DNA from: a phage
Direction: 5' to 3' (one strand)
Sequence record: PZ179880.1
DNA length: 64,000 nucleotides
Below, one piece after another: positions 50,480 to 61,732 of the stretch (the first letter of the stretch is position 1; every line of letters begins with the position of its first letter). Made by a program: the position numbers and the translations under genes. A model generated the notes under the pieces. It was not told where the DNA came from. It ran no database searches and was given only the letters and a program-made list of their open reading frames with translations.

Positions 50480-51154
50480 TTAATTTATTAGACTTCTTAA
50501 ACGAGCAGAAGTCATAAATGGAAATTTTTCTAAAGTTGGCTTTCGCCAATATCTTGGATGACAAGTTGATTTAAAATCAAGAACAATTTTCTTTGCTTCA
50601 TCAATAGTGCTAACTCCAAAGTTATCTAACATTATTTTCTTTTCTTTTTCCCACCGTTTATTAGCTAAAGCAGATTGAAGCTTTTTGTTTTTAAATGTAT
50701 CATTTTTTCTAGAATGAGTTGTGCCTTGTGTCGGACTCCATCCTCTTCCTAAAATAAATCCCTCAGGAATTATATCTCCATCATGCAATTTTATACATCT
50801 TTTACCATTATTATAATATTTTCGTCCAGTTTGTGTATTTGAAATATTATTTGCATGTTTTCTTTTTAACCAACCATAAACTTTATTATTTCTCCTAACA
50901 TATTTAGTTGAAACCGTCATTTTTATGGCCGCATAAGATAATTTTAAAGAATTTGGGTGTATTTTTACTAATAGTTGATGTGCAACATAATGCTCTTCTG
51001 GAGTTAAATCAACCAAGTTAGAAGCATCATTACTACCGCCTAAACATTTCGGAATAATATGATGTCTTTCTTTATATCCAGTAAGGGCTCTATTGCGAGC
51101 CCTATCAATTAGTGAATTATAAATTTTTTCATAATTCATCGTACATTGCTCCAA
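50480..51154 (-). CDS. HNH homing endonuclease (free-standing)
   Basis: 224 aa; motif [36 protein letters not shown]; inserted between genes 3 and 2. Confidence 0.8.
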   Translation of the reverse strand: MEQCTMNYEKIYNSLIDRARNRALTGYKERHHIIPKCLGGSNDASNLVDLTPEEHYVAHQLLVKIHPNSLKLSYAAIKMTVSTKYVRRNNKVYGWLKRKHANNISNTQTGRKYYNNGKRCIKLHDGDIIPEGFILGRGWSPTQGTTHSRKNDTFKNKKLQSALANKRWEKEKKIMLDNFGVSTIDEAKKIVLDFKSTCHPRYWRKPTLEKFPFMTSARLRSLIN

Positions 51155-51963
51155 ACTTTGTTTGCAGAGAAACGTTTTCCTTTGGAGTAGAAGCTTTGGA
51201 GTGGCATTAACACAACGTTCGCCCAGTCTTTCGGGGCGATTTCAACAAGGCTACCCATGATATTACCAGGTATATATGCCTTAATCATTTGATCTGCACC
51301 CCTAAATCCTTTCACTTGACTCCAATCAATTTTTAATTTCGTTTTATTAGTAATAGTAGGTGTATTTGAATATTGCTTTAAAAGCTCTTCTAGAAACTGT
51401 TGACGAGCTTTAGGTGGAATATAGTGCAAGTTCAATCCATACATTAAATTATGTTTACCTAAACCGAGGTAAATTATCAAAGGAAATTTATCCCAATAAG
51501 GAAGAGTTTCCTTGTGTTTAGCATCGTAAGCAAAAGCATATATTCGTCCCGGCTGCGGGCGAACAACTTTATGTCCTTTTACCTGCTTAATAGTTTCAGC
51601 AAACCACTTTCTGGTTTTATTATTAATTGCTGCACCTTCATTACGAATTTTATCACGCAACGTTTGCCTGAATGAATTTATCATAAGCAGTTGTCTTTCT
51701 TGCTTATTGAGTTTATTCATTGGTTTTGATTCAAGCTTTTGAATCTTTTCAGCTGTTTTAATTCCTGAAGCATATTTTGACATTGCCGAAGTAAACGTAG
51801 AATATTTAATTCCTTTTTCTTCAGCAAATTGCTTTCCTGTCATTCCTTTTGCTTTGGCCTTTTTGTATTCAAGACCTATCTGAATCCATTTCTTTTCGTT
51901 TAATGATTGCTTAACCTTTGGAACTTGGGGAGTGCTTTCATTAATTATTTGAAAAATAGCCAT
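51136..51963 (-). CDS. 2: DNA end-protector protein gp2
   Basis: 275 aa basic protein at the T4 gene 2 position. Confidence 0.8.
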   Translation of the reverse strand: MAIFQIINESTPQVPKVKQSLNEKKWIQIGLEYKKAKAKGMTGKQFAEEKGIKYSTFTSAMSKYASGIKTAEKIQKLESKPMNKLNKQERQLLMINSFRQTLRDKIRNEGAAINNKTRKWFAETIKQVKGHKVVRPQPGRIYAFAYDAKHKETLPYWDKFPLIIYLGLGKHNLMYGLNLHYIPPKARQQFLEELLKQYSNTPTITNKTKLKIDWSQVKGFRGADQMIKAYIPGNIMGSLVEIAPKDWANVVLMPLQSFYSKGKRFSANKVWSNVR

Positions 51964-52415
51964 TATGCCCCCTTAAAGCCAAGAGCTCGTAATCCATCTT
52001 CTGTTAAAATTCTAAATTTTATTCCACGCTTTTCAGCTAAAGATTGTGCTGCTTTCCATTTGTCAGTATTAACGGAATATGTATAGATTTCATTCATAAA
52101 TCTTTTCTTCGCTGCAGTTGTTAGATGTGCTGGTTTAACTGGTGGTTGTGTTTCTTTTTTAGGTTTTATTTCAATAAAAAATTCTTGTCCAGAAGAATCT
52201 TTCATCCAAATATCCATGAAGTATCTACGTTTTTTCCCTTCTGCATTACAAAAATAAGGAATTACTGCTGTTTCACTACCCCATGCAATAATTTCTGGAT
52301 TTTTATCTAACCATTCAAAAAAGAATTTTTCCCAATTTGATCTATACGTAATTTTTTTAGGGTCACCTCTATATTTTGATATATTTTTAGGAACCCATTT
52401 TCCAGAATATGCCAT
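51963..52415 (-). CDS. 4: Head completion protein gp4
   Basis: 150 aa as in T4; late promoter upstream. Confidence 0.85.
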   Translation of the reverse strand: MAYSGKWVPKNISKYRGDPKKITYRSNWEKFFFEWLDKNPEIIAWGSETAVIPYFCNAEGKKRRYFMDIWMKDSSGQEFFIEIKPKKETQPPVKPAHLTTAAKKRFMNEIYTYSVNTDKWKAAQSLAEKRGIKFRILTEDGLRALGFKGA

Positions 52416-52426
52416 TGGATTCTCCT

Positions 52427-52450
52427 TATAAATAGATAATATATTTATAA
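52427..52450. promoter_or_regulatory. Divergent late promoters between gene 4 (minus) and gene 53 (plus)
   Basis: TATAAATA at 52427-52434 on plus; TATTTATA at 52442-52449 on plus (TATAAATA on minus). Confidence 0.7.
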
Positions 52451-52462
52451 ACAGGAGGGCCC

Positions 52463-53053
52463 ATGCTCTTTACATTTTTTGATCCGATTGAATATGCGGC
52501 CAAAACGGTGAATAAAAACGCGCCGACTATTCCTATGACAGATATTTTTAGAAACTATAAAGACTATTTCAAACGTGCTCTTGCGGGATATCGCTTACGT
52601 ACTTATTATATTAAAGGTTCACCACGCCCGGAAGAATTAGCAAATGCTATATATGGAAATCCACAGTTGTATTGGGTTTTATTGATGTGTAATGATAATT
52701 ATGATCCGTATTATGGATGGATTACTTCACAGGAAGCTGCTTATCAAGCATCTATACAAAAATACAAAAATGTAGGTGGAGACCAAATAGTATATCATGT
52801 GAATGAGAATGGTGAAAAATTTTATAATTTAATATCATACGATGATAATCCATATGTTTGGTATGATAAAGGCGATAAAGCTAGAAAATATCCTCAATAT
52901 GAAGGAGCACTTGCTGCTGTTGATACGTATGAAGCTGCTGTTCTTGAAAATGAAAAACTTCGTCAAATAAAAATAATAGCAAAATCAGACATCAATTCAT
53001 TTATGAACGACCTTATACGTATAATGGAGAAATCTTATGGAAATGATAAGTAA
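52463..53053 (+). CDS. 53: Baseplate wedge protein gp53
   Basis: 196 aa as in T4; late promoter upstream. Confidence 0.9.
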   Translation: MLFTFFDPIEYAAKTVNKNAPTIPMTDIFRNYKDYFKRALAGYRLRTYYIKGSPRPEELANAIYGNPQLYWVLLMCNDNYDPYYGWITSQEAAYQASIQKYKNVGGDQIVYHVNENGEKFYNLISYDDNPYVWYDKGDKARKYPQYEGALAAVDTYEAAVLENEKLRQIKIIAKSDINSFMNDLIRIMEKSYGNDK

Positions 53054-54764
53054 TAACCTTAATTGGTTTGTTGGTGTTGTTGAAGATAGAATGGACCCAT
53101 TAAAATTAGGTCGTGTTCGTGTTCGTGTGGTTGGTCTGCATCCGCCTCAAAGAGCACAAGGTGATGTAATGGGTATTCCAACTGATAAATTACCATGGAT
53201 GTCAGTTATTCAACCTATAACTTCGGCAGCAATGTCTGGAATTGGAGGCTCCGTTACTGGTCCGGTAGAAGGAACTAGAGTTTATGGTCATTTTTTAGAC
53301 AAATGGAAAACTAACGGAATTGTCCTTGGCACGTATGGTGGGATAGTTCGCGAAAAACCTAATAGACTCGAAGGATTTTCTGACCCAACTGGACAGTATC
53401 CTAGACGTCTAGGAAATGATACTAACGTATTAAACCAAGGCGGAGAAGTAGGATATGATTCGTCTTCTAACATTATCCAAGATAGCAATCTAGACACTGC
53501 GATAAATCCCGATGATAGACCACTATCAGAGATTCCAACTGATGATAATCCAAATATGTCAATGGCTGAAATGCTTCGCCGTGATGAAGGATTAAGACTA
53601 AAAGTTTATTGGGATACCGAAGGATATCCGACAATTGGTATTGGTCATCTTATCATGAAGCAGCCAGTTCGTGATATGACCCAAATTAATAAAGTTTTAT
53701 CAAAACAAGTTGGTCGTGAAATTACCGGAAATCCAGGTTCCATTACAATGGAAGAAGCGGTAACTTTATTTGAACGCGATTTGGCTGATATGCAACGTGA
53801 CATTAAATCACATTCTAAAGTTGGCCCAGTTTGGCAAGCAGTTAATCGTTCTCGTCAAATGGCGTTAGAAAATATGGCATTCCAAATGGGCGTTGGTGGC
53901 GTAGCTAAATTTACCACAATGTTAACTGCTATGTTAGCCGGAGATTGGGAAAAAGCATATAAAGCCGGTCGTGATTCATTGTGGTATCAACAAACAAAAG
54001 GCCGTGCATCCCGTGTTACCATGATTATTCTTACAGGGAATTTGGAATCATACGGTATTGAAGTTAAAACACCAGCTAGGTCTTTGTCAGCAATGGCTGC
54101 TACTGTAGCAAAGTCTTCTGACCCGGCTGACCCTCCTATTCCGAATGATTCGAGAATTTTATTCAAAGAACCTGTTTCTTCATATAAAGGTGAATATCCG
54201 TATGTTCACACAATGGAAACTGAAAGCGGTCATATTCAGGAATTTGATGATACTCCGGGGCAAGAACGATACAGATTAGTTCATCCAACTGGAACGTATG
54301 AGGAAGTATCACCATCAGGAAGAAGAACGAGAAAAACTGTTGATAATTTGTATGATATAACAAATGCTGATGGTAATTTTTTGGTAGCCGGCGATAAAAA
54401 GACTAACGTCGGTGGATCAGAAATTTATTACAACATGGATAATCGTCTTCACCAAATAGATGGAAGCAATACGATATTTGTGCGTGGAGATGAAACCAAG
54501 ACGGTTGAAGGTAATGGAACTATCCTAGTCAAAGGTAATGTTACTATTGTAGTTGAAGGTAATGCTGACATTACAGTTAAAGGGGATGCTACCACTTTAG
54601 TTGAAGGAAATCAGACTAATACAGTAAATGGAAATCTTTCTTGGAAAGTTGCTGGAACAGTTGATTGGGACGTTGGCGGTGATTGGACAGAAAAAATGGC
54701 ATCTATGAGTTCTATTTCATCTGGTCAATACACAATTGATGGATCGAGGATTGACATTGGCTAA
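53037..54764 (+). CDS. 5: Baseplate hub and tail lysozyme gp5
   Basis: 575 aa; lysozyme domain (MAEMLRRDEGLRLKVYWDTEGYPTIGIGHLI) and C-terminal VxGxxxxx beta-helix repeats. Confidence 0.95.
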   Translation: MEMISNNLNWFVGVVEDRMDPLKLGRVRVRVVGLHPPQRAQGDVMGIPTDKLPWMSVIQPITSAAMSGIGGSVTGPVEGTRVYGHFLDKWKTNGIVLGTYGGIVREKPNRLEGFSDPTGQYPRRLGNDTNVLNQGGEVGYDSSSNIIQDSNLDTAINPDDRPLSEIPTDDNPNMSMAEMLRRDEGLRLKVYWDTEGYPTIGIGHLIMKQPVRDMTQINKVLSKQVGREITGNPGSITMEEAVTLFERDLADMQRDIKSHSKVGPVWQAVNRSRQMALENMAFQMGVGGVAKFTTMLTAMLAGDWEKAYKAGRDSLWYQQTKGRASRVTMIILTGNLESYGIEVKTPARSLSAMAATVAKSSDPADPPIPNDSRILFKEPVSSYKGEYPYVHTMETESGHIQEFDDTPGQERYRLVHPTGTYEEVSPSGRRTRKTVDNLYDITNADGNFLVAGDKKTNVGGSEIYYNMDNRLHQIDGSNTIFVRGDETKTVEGNGTILVKGNVTIVVEGNADITVKGDATTLVEGNQTNTVNGNLSWKVAGTVDWDVGGDWTEKMASMSSISSGQYTIDGSRIDIG

Positions 54765-55293
54765 TATACTTCCAATGAGCGCTGATTTAGGAGAATCCAT
54801 GGAAGGTTCTTCTATCGACGTCACCTTTACCGCTCAATTAGAAACAGGTGAAACGTTAGTATCTATAAATATAACTAGTTACGAAGAAACTCCTGGGGTT
54901 TTAGTAGAAGAAAATCGCTTATACGGAACGTATGAATCTGTATTTGGATTTGGAAATGACGCATTGAAATATCGTTTAGATGATGAATTTAAAACTGCTG
55001 CTTCATGGGAAGACCTTCCAACTGATTCTAATACTCAGTTATATCTATGGAAAGCTCCTCAAAACCTCCAGAAGACATTCACTTATGAAGTAACATTAAT
55101 ATATGACTACCAAGAACAAAGTGAATCTGGAGGTTCTGGCAGTAATTCTAGGTCATCTTCTGATACTACTGAACCAACGGATCCTCCTGCTCCAATAAGA
55201 AAAACTCTTGTTAAAAATTACACAAAAACTATAGTTGGAAATTGGAGCCGTTGGGCTAATAAATTGAGAAGCTACGTATATGAGAGGCAATAA
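54736..55293 (+). CDS. Hypothetical baseplate-region protein (5.1-like); start uncertain
   Basis: 185 aa ORF overlapping the gp5 3' end. Confidence 0.55.
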
Positions 55294-55586
55294 TGTCAGG
55301 ATTAAGTTATGATAAGTGTGTTACTGCTGGCCATGAAGCGTGGCCTCCAACAGTTGTGAATGCTACACAAAGTAAAGTATTCACTGGAGGAATTGCTGTT
55401 CTCGTAGCAGGTGATCCAATTACAGAACACACAGAAATTAAAAAGCCATATGAAACACATGGCGGAGTGACACAACCTAGAACTTCTAAGGTATATGTCA
55501 CTGGAAAGAAAGCTGTTCAAATGGCTGATCCAATATCATGCGGTGATACTGTGGCTCAGGCATCATCTAAAGTATTCATTAAATAG
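55293..55586 (+). CDS. 5.4: PAAR-repeat spike-tip protein gp5.4
   Basis: 97 aa as in T4. Confidence 0.85.
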
Positions 55587-55594
55587 GATTTAAA

Positions 55595-57577
55595 ATGGCA
55601 AATACCCCTGTAAATTATCAATTAACAAGAACAGCAAATGCTATTCCCGAGATATTCGTCGGGGGTACATTTGCTGAAATAAAACAAAACCTCATTGAAT
55701 GGCTTAATGGTCAAAATGAATTTTTGGATTATGATTTTGAAGGCTCAAGATTAAACGTTCTGTGCGACCTTTTGGCTTATAATACATTGTACATTCAACA
55801 GTTTGGTAATGCTGCCGTGTATGAAAGCTTTATGCGTACTGCTAACTTACGTAGTTCAGTAGTTCAAGCGGCACAAGATAATGGATATTTACCTACTTCA
55901 AAATCAGCTGCTCAAACTGAAATTATGCTAACTTGTACAGACGCATTGAATAGAAATTACATTACTATTCCTCGTGGTACTCGCTTTTTAGCATATGCAA
56001 AGGATACTTCTGTTAATCCTTATAACTTTGTCTCTACTGAAGATGTTATTGCTATTCGTGATAAAAATAACCAATATTTTCCACGTTTAAAATTGGCCCA
56101 AGGACGTATAGTAAGAACTGAAATCATTTACGATAAATTAACACCTATTATCATTTATGACAAAAATATAGATAGAAACCAAGTTAAACTATACGTTGAT
56201 GGAGCAGAATGGATTAACTGGACAAGAAAGTCAATGGTTCATGCTGGTTCTACATCAACAATTTACTACATGCGTGAAACTATTGATGGAAATACTGAAT
56301 TTTATTTTGGTGAAGGTGAGATTTCTGTTAACGCGGCAGAAGGAGCATTGACCGCTAATTATATTGGAGGTCTTAAACCTACCCAGAACTCTACGATTGT
56401 TATTGAGTACATCAGTACTAACGGTGCAGATGCGAATGGTGCAGTCGGATTTTCATACGCAGATACATTAACAAATATAACTGTCATCAATATTAATGAA
56501 AACCCAAACGATGACCCAGATTTTGTTGGGGCAGATGGCGGCGGTGACCCAGAAGATATTGAACGTATTCGCGAATTGGGTACTATTAAACGTGAAACCC
56601 AACAACGCTGCGTAACTGCGACTGATTATGATACATTCGTTTCAGAAAGATTCGGTTCTATTATTCAAGCGGTTCAGACTTTCACTGATTCTACTAAACC
56701 TGGTTATGCATTTATTGCTGCTAAACCTAAATCAGGACTATATTTAACTACTGTACAACGTGAAGATATTAAAAATTATCTAAAAGATTATAATTTAGCT
56801 CCTATTACACCATCAATTATTTCTCCTAATTATCTTTTTGTTAAGACTAATTTAAAAGTAACATATGCTTTAAATAAGCTGCAAGAATCAGAACAGTGGC
56901 TAGAAGGTCAAATAATTGATAAAATTGATCGTTATTATACCGAAGATGTAGAAATTTTTAACTCATCTTTCGCTAAATCTAAGATGTTGACATATGTAGA
57001 TGATGCAGATCATTCTATCATTGGCTCATCCGCGACAATTCAAATTGTCCGTGAAGTACAAAACTTCTATAAAACGCCTGAAGCGGGTATTAAATACAAT
57101 AATCAAATAAAAGATCGTTCTATGGAATCTAATACGTTTTCATTTAATTCTGGACGAAAGGTTGTAAATCCTGATACTGGTTTAGAAGAAGATGTATTAT
57201 ATGACGTTCGTATAGTATCAACAGACCGAGATTCTAAAGGAATTGGCAAAGTTATTATTGGTCCATTTGCTTCTGGCGATGTTACAGAAAATGAAAACAT
57301 TCAGCCATATACAGGCAATGATTTTAATAAATTAGCAAGTTCCGATGGACGTGACAAATACTATGTTATCGGTGAAATAAATTATCCAGCTGACATGATT
57401 TATTGGAATATCGCTAAAATTAATTTAACATCCGATAAATTTGAGGTTCAGACTATTGAGCTATATTCTGATCCAATAGACGATGTTATTTTCACGCGCG
57501 ATGGTTCACTGATTGTATTTGAAAATGATTTACGTCCACAATACTTAACTATCGATTTGGAGCCTATATCACAATGA
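55595..57577 (+). CDS. 6: Baseplate wedge protein gp6
   Basis: 660 aa as in T4. Confidence 0.93.
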   Translation: MANTPVNYQLTRTANAIPEIFVGGTFAEIKQNLIEWLNGQNEFLDYDFEGSRLNVLCDLLAYNTLYIQQFGNAAVYESFMRTANLRSSVVQAAQDNGYLPTSKSAAQTEIMLTCTDALNRNYITIPRGTRFLAYAKDTSVNPYNFVSTEDVIAIRDKNNQYFPRLKLAQGRIVRTEIIYDKLTPIIIYDKNIDRNQVKLYVDGAEWINWTRKSMVHAGSTSTIYYMRETIDGNTEFYFGEGEISVNAAEGALTANYIGGLKPTQNSTIVIEYISTNGADANGAVGFSYADTLTNITVININENPNDDPDFVGADGGGDPEDIERIRELGTIKRETQQRCVTATDYDTFVSERFGSIIQAVQTFTDSTKPGYAFIAAKPKSGLYLTTVQREDIKNYLKDYNLAPITPSIISPNYLFVKTNLKVTYALNKLQESEQWLEGQIIDKIDRYYTEDVEIFNSSFAKSKMLTYVDDADHSIIGSSATIQIVREVQNFYKTPEAGIKYNNQIKDRSMESNTFSFNSGRKVVNPDTGLEEDVLYDVRIVSTDRDSKGIGKVIIGPFASGDVTENENIQPYTGNDFNKLASSDGRDKYYVIGEINYPADMIYWNIAKINLTSDKFEVQTIELYSDPIDDVIFTRDGSLIVFENDLRPQYLTIDLEPISQ

Positions 57578-60500
57578 CAGTAAAAGCACCTTCAGTCACT
57601 AGTCTCAGAATTTCCAAGTTATCCGCAAATCAGGTGCAAGTACGCTGGGATGACGTTGGTGCTAATTTCTACTATTTTGTAGAAATCGCTGAGACAAAAA
57701 CAGACTCGGGGGAAAATCTCCCGAGTAATCAATACAGATGGGTTAACTTAGGATATACTGCAAATAACAGCTTCTTTTTTGATGATGCCGACCCATTGAC
57801 ATCATACATTATTAGAGTAGCCACAGCTGCGCAAGATTTTGAGCAGTCTGATTGGATTTATACCGAAGAGTTTGAAACTTTTGCTACAAACGCTTATACA
57901 TTTCAAAACATGATTGAAATGCAATTAGCTAATAAATTCATTCAAGAAAAATTTGCTCTTAATAATTCTGACTATGTTAATTTTAATAATGATACTATAA
58001 TGGCTGCATTGATGAATGAATCATTCCAATTCAGCCCATCATATGCTGATGTTTCATCAATAAGTAATTTTATTATTGGTGAAAATGAGTATCATGAAAT
58101 ACAAGGTTCTATTCAGCAAGTATGTAAGGATATTAACCGAGTTTATTTGATGGAATCAGAAGGGATTCTATATCTTTTTGAGCGTTATCAACCTGTAGTT
58201 AAAGTATCTAATGATAAAGGACAAACCTGGAAAGCTGTAAAGCTCTTCAATGATCGTGTAGGATATCCTTTATCTAAGACTGTATATTACCAATCTGCAA
58301 ACACAACATACGTTCTAGGATACGACAAGATTTTCTACGGCCGCAAATCTACTGATGTTAGATGGTCAGCTGATGATGTTAGATTTAGTTCGCAGGATAT
58401 AACATTTGCTAAACTTGGAGATCAACTTCATTTGGGATTTGATGTTGAAATATTTGGTACTTATGCTACATTACCAGCGAATGTATACCGCATTGCAGAA
58501 GCTATTACTTGCACCGATGATTACATTTACGTTGTCGCCAGAGACAAAGTTAGATACATAAAAACGAGTAATGCACCTATAGATTCTGATCCATTATCTC
58601 CAACATATTCGGAAAGACTTTTTGAACCTGATACAATGACTATAACCGGAAATCCTAAAGCAGTATGCTATAAAATGGATTCTATCGGTGATAAAGTTTT
58701 TGCTCTTATTATTGGTGAAGTTGAAACATTAAATGCTAATCCTAGAACATCAAAAATAATTGACTCTGCTGATAAAGGAATATATATTTTAAATCATGAC
58801 ACGAAAACATGGAAAAGAGTTTTTGGCAACACTGAAGAAGAAAGAAGACGTATTCAACCTGGATATGCGAATATGTCAACTGACGGTAAATTAGTTTCTC
58901 TATCTTCGAGTAATTTTAAATTTTTAAGTGATAACATTGTTAATGACCCTGAAACTGCAGCGAAATATCAGTTAATCGGTGCTGTTAAATATGAATTTCC
59001 TCGTGAATGGCTAGCTGATAAGCATTATCATATGATGGCATTTATAGCAGATGAAAAATCTGATTGGGAAACTTTTACGCCTCAGCCGATGAAATACTAT
59101 GCAGAACCATTCTTTAACTGGTCTAAAAAATCTAACACACGCTGTTGGATAAACAACTCTGACAGAGCTGTAGTAGTTTATGCTGATTTAAAATATACCA
59201 AAGTTATTGAAAATTTTCCAGAAACATCGCCAGATAGATTAGTTCATGAATACTGGGATGACGGCGATTGCACTATAGTAATGCCAAATGTTAAATTCAC
59301 GGGATTTAAAAAATATGCGTCTGGGATGCTTTTTTATAAATCTTCTGGTGAAATAATTTCTTACTATGATTTTAACTATCGAGTGAGAGATACGGTTGAA
59401 ATAATTTGGAAGCCAACTGGAATATTTTTAAAAGCATTTTTACAAAACCAAGAGCGTGAAACTCCTTGGTCACCGGAAGAAGAGCATGGATTAGCTGATC
59501 CTGATTTAAGACCATTGATTGGCACAATGATGCCTGATTCTTATTTGCTACAGGATTCTAATTTTGAGGCATTCTGCGAAGCATATATTCAGTATCTTTC
59601 TGATGGATATGGAACTCAGTATAATAATTTACGAAATTTAATTCGTAACCAATATCCGCGAGAAGAGCATGCATGGGAATATTTGTGGTCAGAGATATAT
59701 AAAAGAAACATTTATTTAAATGCTGATAAACGTGATGCTGTTGCAAGATTTTTTGAATCACGTAGCTATGATTTTTATTCTACTAAAGGAATTGAAGCAT
59801 CATACAAATTTCTTTTTAAAGTTCTTTATAATGAAGAAGTTGAAATTGAAATTGAATCTGGGGCTGGTACTGAATATGATATAATCGTTCAATCTGATTC
59901 TTTGACTGAAGATTTAGTAGGACAAACGATTTATACTGCTACAGGAAGATGTAATGTTACTTATATAGAAAGAAGCTATTCCAATGGCAAATTGCAATGG
60001 ACCGTAACTATTCATAATCTTTTGGGAAGATTAATTGCCGGTCAAGAAGTTAAAGCAGAAAGACTCCCTAGTTTCGAAGGCGAAATTATTCGCGGGGTTA
60101 AAGGAAAGGATTTGCTTCAAAATAATATAGACTATATTAATAGAAGTAGATCATATTATGTAATGAAAATTAAATCAAATTTACCTTCTTCCCGCTGGAA
60201 ATCTGACGTTATTCGTTTTGTTCATCCAGTAGGATTTGGATTTATAGCAATTACTCTTTTAACAATGTTTATTAATGTCGGTTTAACTCTTAAACATACA
60301 GAGACTATAATTAATAAATACAAAAACTACAAATGGGATTCTGGATTGCCTACTGAATATGCTGATAGAGTAGCTAAATTAACTCCAACCGGTGAAATTG
60401 AGCATGACTCAGTTACAGGCGAAGCAATTTATGAACCTGGCCCAATGGCTGGTGTAAAATATCCTCTTCCTGATGACTATAATGCTGAAAATAATAATTC

Positions 60501-60672
60501 AATATTTCAAGGTCAATTGCCGTCTGAACGACGTAAATTAATGAGTCCTCTATTTGATGCATCTGGAACAACATTTGCACAATTTAGGGATTTAGTTAAT
60601 AAACGTCTAAAAGATAATATAGGAAATCCAAGAGACCCTGAAAATCCAACACAGGTTAAAATAGATGAATGA
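57574..60672 (+). CDS. 7: Baseplate wedge protein gp7
   Basis: 1032 aa as in T4. Confidence 0.93.
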   Translation: MTVKAPSVTSLRISKLSANQVQVRWDDVGANFYYFVEIAETKTDSGENLPSNQYRWVNLGYTANNSFFFDDADPLTSYIIRVATAAQDFEQSDWIYTEEFETFATNAYTFQNMIEMQLANKFIQEKFALNNSDYVNFNNDTIMAALMNESFQFSPSYADVSSISNFIIGENEYHEIQGSIQQVCKDINRVYLMESEGILYLFERYQPVVKVSNDKGQTWKAVKLFNDRVGYPLSKTVYYQSANTTYVLGYDKIFYGRKSTDVRWSADDVRFSSQDITFAKLGDQLHLGFDVEIFGTYATLPANVYRIAEAITCTDDYIYVVARDKVRYIKTSNAPIDSDPLSPTYSERLFEPDTMTITGNPKAVCYKMDSIGDKVFALIIGEVETLNANPRTSKIIDSADKGIYILNHDTKTWKRVFGNTEEERRRIQPGYANMSTDGKLVSLSSSNFKFLSDNIVNDPETAAKYQLIGAVKYEFPREWLADKHYHMMAFIADEKSDWETFTPQPMKYYAEPFFNWSKKSNTRCWINNSDRAVVVYADLKYTKVIENFPETSPDRLVHEYWDDGDCTIVMPNVKFTGFKKYASGMLFYKSSGEIISYYDFNYRVRDTVEIIWKPTGIFLKAFLQNQERETPWSPEEEHGLADPDLRPLIGTMMPDSYLLQDSNFEAFCEAYIQYLSDGYGTQYNNLRNLIRNQYPREEHAWEYLWSEIYKRNIYLNADKRDAVARFFESRSYDFYSTKGIEASYKFLFKVLYNEEVEIEIESGAGTEYDIIVQSDSLTEDLVGQTIYTATGRCNVTYIERSYSNGKLQWTVTIHNLLGRLIAGQEVKAERLPSFEGEIIRGVKGKDLLQNNIDYINRSRSYYVMKIKSNLPSSRWKSDVIRFVHPVGFGFIAITLLTMFINVGLTLKHTETIINKYKNYKWDSGLPTEYADRVAKLTPTGEIEHDSVTGEAIYEPGPMAGVKYPLPDDYNAENNNSIFQGQLPSERRKLMSPLFDASGTTFAQFRDLVNKRLKDNIGNPRDPENPTQVKIDE

Positions 60673-61669
60673 TTCAAGTGTTATCTATCGTGCGATAGTT
60701 ACTTCAAAATTTAGAACAGAAAAAATGTTGAATTTTTATAATTCAATTGGAAGTGGTCCGGATAAAAACACTATCTTTATTACATTTGGAAGATCAGAAC
60801 CGTGGTCATCAAACGAAAACGAGGTGGGATTTGCCCCACCTTATCCCACCGATTCTGTGTTAGGTGTAACTGACATGTGGACTCATATGATGGGAACCGT
60901 GAAGGTTCTTCCATCTATGCTTGATGCAGTTATTCCTCGTCGAGATTGGGGAGATACTAGATATCCGGATCCATACACATTTAGAATTAACGATATTGTA
61001 GTGTGTAACTCAGCTCCTTACAACGCTACCGAATCAGGCGCAGGCTGGTTAGTATATCGTTGTTTAGATGTTCCTGATACCGGAATGTGCTCAATTGAGT
61101 CTTTAACTAATAAGGATGAATGCCTTAAGCTAGGTGGAAAATGGACTCCTTCTGTTAGGTCAATGACTCCTCCTGAAGGTCGAGGAGACGCGGAAGGAAC
61201 AATCGAACCTGGAGACGGGTATGTATGGGAATATCTTTTTGAGATTCCGCCTGATGTATCTATAAACAGATGCACGAATGAATATATCGTGGTTCCTTGG
61301 CCTGAGGAATTAAAAGAAGATCCGACTAGATGGGGGTATGAAGATAACCTCACTTGGCAGCAAGATGATTTTGGATTAATTTACCGGGTTAAGGCAAATA
61401 CTATTCGTTTTAAAGCATACTTAGATTCAGTTTATTTTCCTGAAGCTGCATTGCCAGGAAATAAAGGATTTAGACAAATATCGATAATCACGAATCCTCT
61501 TGAAGCTAAAGTTCATCCAAATGACCCAAACGTTAAAGCTGAAAAGGATTACTATGATCCGGAAGATTTAATGAGGCATTCGGGCGAAATGATTTATATG
61601 GAAAATAGGCCACCTATTATTATGGCAATGGACCAAACAGAAGAAATCAATATTCTGTTTACATTTTAA
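60665..61669 (+). CDS. 8: Baseplate wedge protein gp8
   Basis: 334 aa as in T4. Confidence 0.93.
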   Translation: MNDSSVIYRAIVTSKFRTEKMLNFYNSIGSGPDKNTIFITFGRSEPWSSNENEVGFAPPYPTDSVLGVTDMWTHMMGTVKVLPSMLDAVIPRRDWGDTRYPDPYTFRINDIVVCNSAPYNATESGAGWLVYRCLDVPDTGMCSIESLTNKDECLKLGGKWTPSVRSMTPPEGRGDAEGTIEPGDGYVWEYLFEIPPDVSINRCTNEYIVVPWPEELKEDPTRWGYEDNLTWQQDDFGLIYRVKANTIRFKAYLDSVYFPEAALPGNKGFRQISIITNPLEAKVHPNDPNVKAEKDYYDPEDLMRHSGEMIYMENRPPIIMAMDQTEEINILFTF

Positions 61670-61674
61670 ATTAA

Positions 61675-61698
61675 GGGAGCCCATGGGCTCCCTTTTTC
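61675..61698 (+). terminator. Intrinsic terminator after gene 8
   Basis: GGGAGCC-CATG-GGCTCCC hairpin followed by TTTTTC. Confidence 0.7.
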
Positions 61699-61700
61699 TT

Positions 61701-61708
61701 TATAAATA
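61701..61708 (+). promoter_or_regulatory. Late promoter for gene 9
   Basis: TATAAATA about 25 nt upstream of the gene 9 start. Confidence 0.7.
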
Positions 61709-61732
61709 CTATAAACTCATAAGGAAACCGCT

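Noticed and set aside
53288-53497. Minus-strand ORFs inside late plus-strand genes (53288-53497, 54163-54363, 55302-55520, 57103-57300, 59558-59761, 61018-61353, 61802-61987, 62612-62800, 63438-63659)
   Set aside because: All are antisense and embedded in long, well-supported baseplate genes 5-10; no independent signals.
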